Shown here piece after piece: positions 48,000 to 54,101 of a stretch of 64,000 nucleotides of DNA. The stretch covers positions 6,662-70,661 of the forward strand of contig DUEV01000013.1 in NCBI GenBank assembly GCA_011170375.1, written 5' to 3'. Within the stretch, counting starts at the first letter, position 1; each line of letters starts with the position of its first letter. Source of the stretch: Dehalococcoidia bacterium (GTDB lineage Bacteria; Chloroflexota; Dehalococcoidia; Dehalococcoidales; Fen-1064). Made by a program: the position numbers and the translations under genes. The notes under the pieces were generated by a model. It worked only from the letters and a program-made list of their open reading frames with translations. It was not told the DNA's origin and did not search any database.

Positions 48000-48371
48000 A
48001 TGTACACGATAGCGATCGAGCAGCACTTCGATGCGGCGCACTTCCTCAGGGGCTATCAGGGTAAGTGCGAGTCATTGCATGGGCACCGCTACCGGGTTGT
48101 CGTCAGAGTAACCGCTACCAGGCTCGATGATATCGGCCTGGCCTACGATTTCGGCCTGCTGAAGCAGCACCTCGGCAAAATACTATCAAAGTTCGACCAT
48201 ACCTGCCTGAATGATGTCCCCCCCTTCGACAAGATAAACCCTTCCTCGGAGAACATCGCCGCTACCGTATATCAGGAGCTCAAACCAAAACTGGAAGGAG
48301 AGTCGGTCTCTATTGCCAGCATCGAGGTCTGGGAGACACCTCAGAGCTGGGTCACTTATAGCCCCGACTGA
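48000..48371 (+). CDS. queD: 6-carboxytetrahydropterin / 6-pyruvoyltetrahydropterin synthase family protein (QueD/PTPS)
   Basis: FDAAHFLRGYQGKCESLHGHRY active-site motif. 123 aa. Confidence 0.8.
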   Translation: MYTIAIEQHFDAAHFLRGYQGKCESLHGHRYRVVVRVTATRLDDIGLAYDFGLLKQHLGKILSKFDHTCLNDVPPFDKINPSSENIAATVYQELKPKLEGESVSIASIEVWETPQSWVTYSPD

Positions 48372-48386
48372 ATCAGACCGGGCACA

Positions 48387-48560
48387 TTATTCTGGTGGTA
48401 GCAGATTGGGGATGGTGTCCGTAATCGGGTAGCGTATATCACACTTGGAGCAGTAAAGGGAACCGGTTACTATCTCCCTCTCGTTCTCCTCCTCAACCGT
48501 AAGCTCAAGCTCCCCCTTGCACATCGGACAGACCAGAATATCCATCAGCTCTTTCTTCAT
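48387..48560 (-). CDS. Trm112-family zinc-ribbon protein
   Basis: MKKELMDILVCPMCKGEL...LYCSKCDIRYPI..IPNLL. Confidence 0.8.
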   Translation of the reverse strand: MKKELMDILVCPMCKGELELTVEEENEREIVTGSLYCSKCDIRYPITDTIPNLLPPE

Positions 48561-48611
48561 GGGCCGATTATAGCACACCCCCGGCTCCTGCGAAAACGGG
48601 CCTGTTTAGTA

Positions 48612-48926
48612 GTGGTGGCCCCATCCCCTGTATCCCCTTCCCCAGAGGGGAAGGGGAATTTCATATAAGAGGGGCTAGCGCCCCTCTTAAACTCCCCCTT
48701 AACGGTGTTCAGAATACTGGTTTGCCCCAAAGGCTTCGCCTCTCTTATACTCTCGACTTATAGTCACCACCTAGGGCTCTTGATAGAACAGTACGGTACC
48801 CTTTAAGGTGTGAACGACCCCTGCCAGAAGACTACTCCCTCACCGTTTTGGGGTGTCCAGAGGGGTGAAACCCCTTTGGACGCCTGCCTGCGCGTAGCCT
48901 GCTTACGCTAAAGCTTCAGCGAAGGC
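48612..48926. repeat. Largest mosaic intergenic repeat patch (modules A, B, C, E, D-inverted)
   Basis: Modules present: GTGGTGGCCCCATCCCCTG (48612-48630); CCCCTTCCCCagaGGGGAAGGGG (48634-48656); AAGAGGGGCtagcGCCCCTCTT (48667-48688); a module of about 72 nt at 48804-48875 matching 51978-52049; and GCCTGCTTACGCTAAAGCTTCAGCGAAGGC (48897-48926), the reverse complement of 6758-6787. Confidence 0.8.
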
Positions 48927-49169
48927 AAGCCGCTTCGGCGTAGGCAGGGGGGATACCAAGGGGGTGTCCCCTCTGAGCCGTTTCACGTCCACGGAGGAAT
49001 TACGGAAGATGATTACAGTGTCACCAATCTATCTGTACTAACCCAAACCAGGATGTAAGACCCGCCTGCCTGGCATAAATATAATAAGGAAGGGAAGCGT
49101 TTCTCACTTCCCTTCAGGTAGTCTTCGATTTTAATACTTTAATATTAAGGGCTGCCGGGCCTGCTGAAC

Positions 49170-49856
49170 TCAGACCGCAAAGCGATAACCCACTCCCCTC
49201 TCGGTCAGGATTAACTGAGGCTTGTGCGCGTCCTCCTCGATTTTCTGGCGTAGGTATCTGATATACAGCTTAACGAAGGACTTATCACCGATGTAGTGTG
49301 GCCCCCACACCTTCTGCAGGAGCTGTTCGTGGGTAACAATCCAGCCACGGTTCTTGACTAAACAAGACAGCAGCTTGAACTCTGTTGGCGATAGCTTCAC
49401 CGCTTCTCCCCTGACATAGACCTGGTGGCTCTTCCAGTCTACCTCTACCTCGCCATTATGGAAGCTTTCGGAGGCTTCGTCCTGCATTTCGATAGCACAC
49501 CGTCGCAGGATGGCTGCAACCCGGGCCACCAGCTCGGAGAAATCAACCGGCTTGGTCATGTAGTCGTCAGCCCCGAGGTCAAAGCCTCTCAGCAGGTCGG
49601 ACGCCCGCCCGTTCACATTGACCATGATAACAGGTGTGTCGCTCATGTCACGGATGCGATGACAGACATCGTATCCGTCCATCTCGGGCATATTGGCATC
49701 CAGGAGTACCAGGTTGGGTCGGCTGCTATAGAAGCGACGTAAACCAGCTTTTCCATCTTCCGCAGTCAGTACATCGTATCCCGCATTCTGCAACCAGGTC
49801 TGGGCAATTTCCGCAAACTCAACATCATCATCAACCAGTAGTATCTTCTCTTTCAT
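49170..49856 (-). CDS. OmpR-family response regulator (receiver plus winged-helix domain)
   Basis: KILLVDDD...LVLLDANMPEMDG receiver motifs. C-terminal LSPTEFKLL...RGVGYRF. No histidine kinase gene is adjacent. Confidence 0.9.
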   Translation of the reverse strand: MKEKILLVDDDVEFAEIAQTWLQNAGYDVLTAEDGKAGLRRFYSSRPNLVLLDANMPEMDGYDVCHRIRDMSDTPVIMVNVNGRASDLLRGFDLGADDYMTKPVDFSELVARVAAILRRCAIEMQDEASESFHNGEVEVDWKSHQVYVRGEAVKLSPTEFKLLSCLVKNRGWIVTHEQLLQKVWGPHYIGDKSFVKLYIRYLRQKIEEDAHKPQLILTERGVGYRFAV

Positions 49857-50239
49857 GTATCCCCCCTAATTTAGAAGAAGAGCCGGGCTTTCCGGCTAAT
49901 TTGATTTACTTGTTAAAGGCGGTGGTACATTAAGGCTCTTAAAGGACAGTTGCTGTACCACCTAACAAAAGGTTAGCACACGTGTCTGGAGGCAAGCATA
50001 AATATCATGAAGATACTATAAATATTTCGTTAAGGTTTCATAAAGAAATGGAATTAGGCTAAAAAACTGACGATGACATCATTAAGAACGGTATAGAAGC
50101 AGGCAATTGCTACGTAGAAAAACGGTCTGAATATATATAAAGGAAAGACAAAAAGAAGACAGGAAGCTAGGAGAGTGCTGGCAACAAGTGCAGGGACCGA
50201 GTGAGGGGCAGTGTTGTTACGACCAGAACATTACCGGAA

Positions 50240-50467
50240 TCAGCCTGTGGACACCTTTTCCAGGGACGGCAGCAGGATAACCCACTCCCCCGCCTCACCC
50301 AGCAGAGTGCTCGCGATTCTGTCGGTCTCTGTCTCGACTGCTTGGCTTACAATCTCACCCTCGAGGCAGACCGGGCACAGGAAGACATCAGCCCTCACCG
50401 CCTTCTTATCAATACTGATAACGCTGGCGCAGCGAGGGCATTTGTAAGTGGTACATTCTGTTATCAT
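50240..50467 (-). CDS. Small zinc-ribbon protein (75 aa), hypothetical
   Basis: MITECTTYKCPRCASV...CPVCLEG. Strong GGGAGGTGG RBS upstream of ATG 50465-50467. Confidence 0.55.
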   Translation of the reverse strand: MITECTTYKCPRCASVISIDKKAVRADVFLCPVCLEGEIVSQAVETETDRIASTLLGEAGEWVILLPSLEKVSTG

Positions 50468-50724
50468 AACCCCACCTCCCACCAGGTCCGTCCCATACCT
50501 GTATGGTCTACTCTAGCACGCCCTGCCGGCATACCGAATCCGCCTTTGGTAGTATCCCGGCAGGTACTATCGTCCCATAAGACCAGCAGCCCGAATTAAG
50601 TTTGTCTCCGACTCTATTTTCTCACCGGACAATAGAGGCAGATAAGACATTTGGGGCCAGATATAGTGACCCGGTGGGGTCATTCCGGCAGCCCAGATTG
50701 GTCATTTCATAAAGAAAAAATGTA

Positions 50725-50753
50725 TTGACACGAGGGAGTACAGGCGATACAAT
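50725..50753 (+). promoter_or_regulatory. Sigma70-type promoter of the lipoprotein gene
   Basis: TTGACA (50725-50730), 17-nt spacer, TACAAT (50748-50753). Confidence 0.55.
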
Positions 50754-50786
50754 CTCAGGAACAAAAGATTTCCTGATGTGGCTCAA

Positions 50787-51134
50787 ATGAAGTATAAGAG
50801 CAAGCTATCACTGGTCCTGTTCAGCATGGTGTTACTTATCGGTATCATGCTGCCCGTATTAACAGCCTGTGACCCTACATATGAGATAGAAATAGAGAAT
50901 GGTGCCGAGCAAGTTCTAACTATATACTACGACTTTGGCCGTAGGGGTCATCCTCGTTCAGTGGTTGACGTAGAACCTGATGAGCTTATCAACACAATCG
51001 ACTTTTGGATAGCCGATAGTTATTGCCAGATCGACGCTGAAAATGAAGAGGGTGAGCTAATATTTTCAAAAGAGTATTTCTGGACGGAGCTACGTGATAT
51101 GGACTGGACGGTGGTGATAACGCCTCCAGAATAA
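50787..51134 (+). CDS. Hypothetical lipoprotein
   Basis: MKYKSKLSLVLFSMVLLIGIMLPVLTAC signal peptide with an L-T-A-C lipobox. In-frame GTG at 50778 is the alternative start. Confidence 0.6.
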   Translation: MKYKSKLSLVLFSMVLLIGIMLPVLTACDPTYEIEIENGAEQVLTIYYDFGRRGHPRSVVDVEPDELINTIDFWIADSYCQIDAENEEGELIFSKEYFWTELRDMDWTVVITPPE

Positions 51135-51176
51135 GATTGAACTCTTTTACTACCCTTACGGCACTACCAAAACTCA

Positions 51177-51740
51177 TTACGGGACGAGTGGGGTGAGGGG
51201 GCGGATTTCCTGATACTTGTCCGGGTTACCTACGATAAAGTCCCAGATGTCATCGGGCGTTGCCGCCCCGGGTTCAACCCCGAAGTTCTTATCGGCCTTA
51301 CTGAAGGCATAAGCCACCACCCAGGAGCAGATGGGGTATTTGTTGTCGGGGACGAGTCGTCGGAACACGTAGGCCCCTAGCAACATCCAGTCCAGCAAGT
51401 GCACCACGATTTTCAGGTACCCGTACTTTTTACCGACCTGTCTCTCCGCCGTGGCGACAATCATCTTGACCTCGTCCGGTGTCAGGTTAATGGCTCGGTA
51501 GACGGCCACCAAATCCTCCTTAGGCGGGCCGTACTGGAGCCAGAGCCGGTGACGCCTGACCATGCTGAGTGCTTCGACAACGATGGCCTCCTTCAGGTCC
51601 CCCGCTTCCACGACAAGGCCCACGTGATTGACTTTGGTACGGCTCTCGCCGATGCTACGGGTACAAAATCGGATAGCCCGACTGATAAACGAATGACCAC
51701 GGGTAAGAAATACATCCCCCGGTTCAAGTAAAACGCTCAT
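51177..51740 (-). CDS. YiiX/YaeF-like permuted papain-fold (NlpC/P60-related) protein
   Basis: PGDVFLTRGHSFISRAIRF...VNHVGLVV...VVEAL...YPICSWVVAYAF is the order typical of permuted papain-like amidases. Start at ATG 51738-51740 with AAGGAGGG upstream. The longer track ORF runs into repeat sequence. Confidence 0.55.
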   Translation of the reverse strand: MSVLLEPGDVFLTRGHSFISRAIRFCTRSIGESRTKVNHVGLVVEAGDLKEAIVVEALSMVRRHRLWLQYGPPKEDLVAVYRAINLTPDEVKMIVATAERQVGKKYGYLKIVVHLLDWMLLGAYVFRRLVPDNKYPICSWVVAYAFSKADKNFGVEPGAATPDDIWDFIVGNPDKYQEIRPLTPLVP

Positions 51741-51893
51741 AATACCCTCCTTATTAAGAATCTCCTTGATAAGGATTGCTGTATGATAAGCCCCCCAAAC
51801 GCTGTAGTCAAGGGGGTTTGCTGTCCAGATGTTCGTTTGTAGTGGCTCCATCCTCCCAATTTATCTTTTCCCGCCCGCCGCCCTTTAAGGAAA

Positions 51894-52076
51894 AAGAGGG
51901 GCTGCGCCCCTCTTAAACTCCTCATATTAGCCTGCGGGCAGAGTAATGAGTATTTTACCTGAAGGAACGCACGCCTATAAGGTGCGAAGGTGCTTGCATA
52001 AAAACCAGTCTTTTCACCGTTTTGGGGAGTCCAGAGGGGTGTAATCCTTCTCAATCTCCCTTTAATAAAGGGAGAT
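51894..52076. repeat. Mosaic intergenic repeat patch (modules C and E plus a 23-nt palindrome)
   Basis: AAGAGGGGCtgcGCCCCTCTTAAACTCC (51894-51921); a module at 51978-52049 matching 48804-48875; and the perfect palindrome ATCTCCCTTTAaTAAAGGGAGAT (52054-52076). Confidence 0.75.
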
Positions 52077-52154
52077 TAAATGCATGTTTCCCCCTTTTTC
52101 AAAGGAGGACCAAGGGGGATTTACAAGGGCGTCCCCCATTGGTTGTACTATTGC

Positions 52155-52183
52155 TTGACATCCTCCCGATTTACTCCTAGACT
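52155..52183 (+). promoter_or_regulatory. Promoter P1 (TTGACA-17-TAGACT), sharing a conserved box with the promoter at 57955
   Basis: TTGACA (52155-52160), 17-nt spacer, TAGACT (52178-52183). 32/42 positions are identical to 57954-57995, including the exact 15-mer CTAGACTGTGGGCAC. Confidence 0.6.
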
Positions 52184-52261
52184 GTGGGCACTGAGACAGC
52201 ATAGAATCGCACCCGGAAGTACAGTTAATAAATAATAATTCGACTAAGGCAGGATAAAGCG

Positions 52262-52633
52262 ATGGCTGAAAGCGTAGACAACATATTGATGCTTCTTAAA
52301 GGATTCACCTTCGATGGTGACACGGGGAGGACAATAAGCGACCTCTATGCCGCCGTGAGTGGGACGGGTTGTACCAGGGACACCCCCTTCGCCATGCCAT
52401 TGTGGCTTGAGGGCGACGACAGACCCGCTGGTGTGAACAGCTATCTGGACCCTGATGGCAAGCGGGTCCATATAGTCTGGCAATCAGACGAAACCGGGGT
52501 ATCACGCGTAATCGACGTTGTTCTCGATGCCCCTTCTCTGGCAAGGGAGAAACACGAAGAAGGCGAAACGTGCGATATCTGCAGCATCGATATGATGAAG
52601 GAAATGTTACAGGGGGATACGGAGGAAGAATAG
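52262..52633 (+). CDS. Hypothetical protein (123 aa, acidic)
   Basis: ORF downstream of P1. I recognised no family. Confidence 0.5.
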   Translation: MAESVDNILMLLKGFTFDGDTGRTISDLYAAVSGTGCTRDTPFAMPLWLEGDDRPAGVNSYLDPDGKRVHIVWQSDETGVSRVIDVVLDAPSLAREKHEEGETCDICSIDMMKEMLQGDTEEE

Positions 52634-52648
52634 CCAAATACTTACACC

Positions 52649-52676
52649 TTGACATTAAAGGATTGCAGGGTATGAA
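52649..52676 (+). promoter_or_regulatory. Candidate internal promoter
   Basis: TTGACA (52649-52654), 16-nt spacer, TATGAA (52671-52676). GGAGGTG RBS before the ATG at 52746. Confidence 0.4.
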
Positions 52677-52745
52677 AATGCTGCTCTCACTGGAGAGGGT
52701 ACTCAGGCACAAGGAGATACTAAGGGCGTAATCTGGAGGTGAACA

Positions 52746-53231
52746 ATGGAAAACCAGAAGATTGATTTTGCAGATTGCATTGATTTGATGAAACAAAGCG
52801 ATTATAGGCATATTCGAAATCTAGTATCATATTTGCGAGCATTAAAAAATAGCTTTGGTGATGACGTAGCAAAAATAGTTGAAGATATCAGTTGTAAAGA
52901 TGCTTTTAATCGTTATAAGAATTTAGCAATTGATCAAGAGGACCGTACTATTGAAAAACTAATCAGTATATTATGGGGAGAAAGGCCAATTCCTGGCTTG
53001 CACCAATATACCTATAAAAAAGAAAATGATGGTTTTCAATTCAATTGTACAGTGTGTCCATATGTTGATATGTTTAAAAAACTCGACGCAACAGAATGGG
53101 GTTATAGGTTATATTGCGCACTAGACCCACCCCTTGTCGAAGGTTTCAATGAAAATATTGGGTTTCGCAGAACAAAAACCCTTATGGAAGGGCATGATTG
53201 CTGTGACCATTTTTACTATTATTTGAAATAA
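52746..53231 (+). CDS. L-2-amino-thiazoline-4-carboxylic acid hydrolase-like (ATC_hydrolase family) protein
   Basis: C-terminal pattern CTVCPYV...WGYRLYCALDPPLVEGFNENIGFRRTKTLMEGHDCCDHF resembles the ATC_hydrolase family. Markedly AT-rich relative to its neighbours. Confidence 0.45.
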   Translation: MENQKIDFADCIDLMKQSDYRHIRNLVSYLRALKNSFGDDVAKIVEDISCKDAFNRYKNLAIDQEDRTIEKLISILWGERPIPGLHQYTYKKENDGFQFNCTVCPYVDMFKKLDATEWGYRLYCALDPPLVEGFNENIGFRRTKTLMEGHDCCDHFYYYLK

Positions 53232-53334
53232 TTAAGGATTTCACGAGATGAAGATGTAGCCCCCACCGGAGAGGGTGCCGAGATACAATGAGATTCTGGG
53301 GTCGCAGCTCCTCCAACCCCAGGAAAAGGAGGAC

Positions 53335-53547
53335 ATGATGCCAGTATATGAATATTACTGCCCCAAGTGTAAGAAAGAGTTCGAGCTAAAGCGTCCCATG
53401 AGTGAATACGACCAACCTGCAGTATGTAGTCAATGCGGTTATAAGGCACAGAAACTGATATCAGGGTTCGCCTCCAAGACCGGCTCGTACCTCCAATCAC
53501 CCAAGCCACTTTTTAGGAAAAGGCAAGCCGGTGGAAAGGCAACCTAG
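53335..53547 (+). CDS. FmdB-family zinc-ribbon protein
   Basis: MMPVYEYYCPKCKKEFELKRPMS...CSQCG. AAGGAGG RBS. Paralogous to 3430-3660. Confidence 0.8.
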   Translation: MMPVYEYYCPKCKKEFELKRPMSEYDQPAVCSQCGYKAQKLISGFASKTGSYLQSPKPLFRKRQAGGKAT

Positions 53548-53559
53548 AGGAGGTCACAG

Positions 53560-53919
53560 ATGACCACAGTAAACAGCTTCAAGTTCGGTTCGATAGTCCT
53601 TGATGGTAAGAAGTACCGTCGTGACGTCTTTCTGTATCCAGATGGCGGCATCAGAAAAAGGAAGGGCGGGTTCTGGATGTTTGGCAGTCACGCTATCAAG
53701 CGAGAGGAGATTGAGGAACTGGTCAAGTCCGCACCAGATGCGCTCATAGTGGGGACCGGCACAGACGGTGTAGCCCAGTTGAACCCGGATGCGGATGCTT
53801 TCCTGAAAGGCTCCGGAGTAGAGTCGGCAGTGGTTCCTTCGCAAGAAGCGGTCGACAAATTCAACGAGCTGTCAGCTCAGGGTAAACGTCCGGCAGCCCT
53901 GATACACATCACCTGTTAA
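53560..53919 (+). CDS. Mth938/NDUFAF3-like (DUF498) domain protein
   Basis: FKFGSIVLDGKKYRRDVFLYPDG...ALIVGTGTDG...AALIHITC matches the Mth938-like pattern. Confidence 0.6.
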   Translation: MTTVNSFKFGSIVLDGKKYRRDVFLYPDGGIRKRKGGFWMFGSHAIKREEIEELVKSAPDALIVGTGTDGVAQLNPDADAFLKGSGVESAVVPSQEAVDKFNELSAQGKRPAALIHITC

Positions 53920-54101
53920 ATAAATAAGACTTAACGTTAGCCTGAAGGGAATACAAAAGCATGAAAGCATTTCGGACCCCGTCCTGGTTCCGGCAAAAGG
54001 GACATACAAAAGATACAAAGGTAAAAGCCCAAGCCAGTAAATCTAAACAGCCAAAGACGAAAAAGTAGCCCTAAACTAATTAATCAATAAGGAGATACGA
54101 T

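Noticed and set aside
48634-48688. Possibility that the recurring GGGGAAGGGG / AAGAGGGGC hairpins are a CRISPR array
   Set aside because: There is no regular repeat-spacer periodicity. The copies are single, differ in order and orientation, are scattered over 50 kb, and no cas genes are present.
51737-52054. 105-aa minus-strand ORF, and similar ORFs at 3237-3491, 6578-6853 and 52305-52811
   Set aside because: They are composed largely of the intergenic repeat modules (PLPQRGRG-type translations of the GGGGAAGGGG hairpins) or lie antisense to better ORFs. None has an RBS.
52204-52213. 9-mer GAATCGCAC shared between the P1 leader (52205-52213) and the inverted repeat upstream of P2 (57933-57941)
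   Set aside because: A 9-mer is expected to recur about 0.5 times by chance in 128 kb of two-strand sequence, and it sits in different positions relative to the two promoters.
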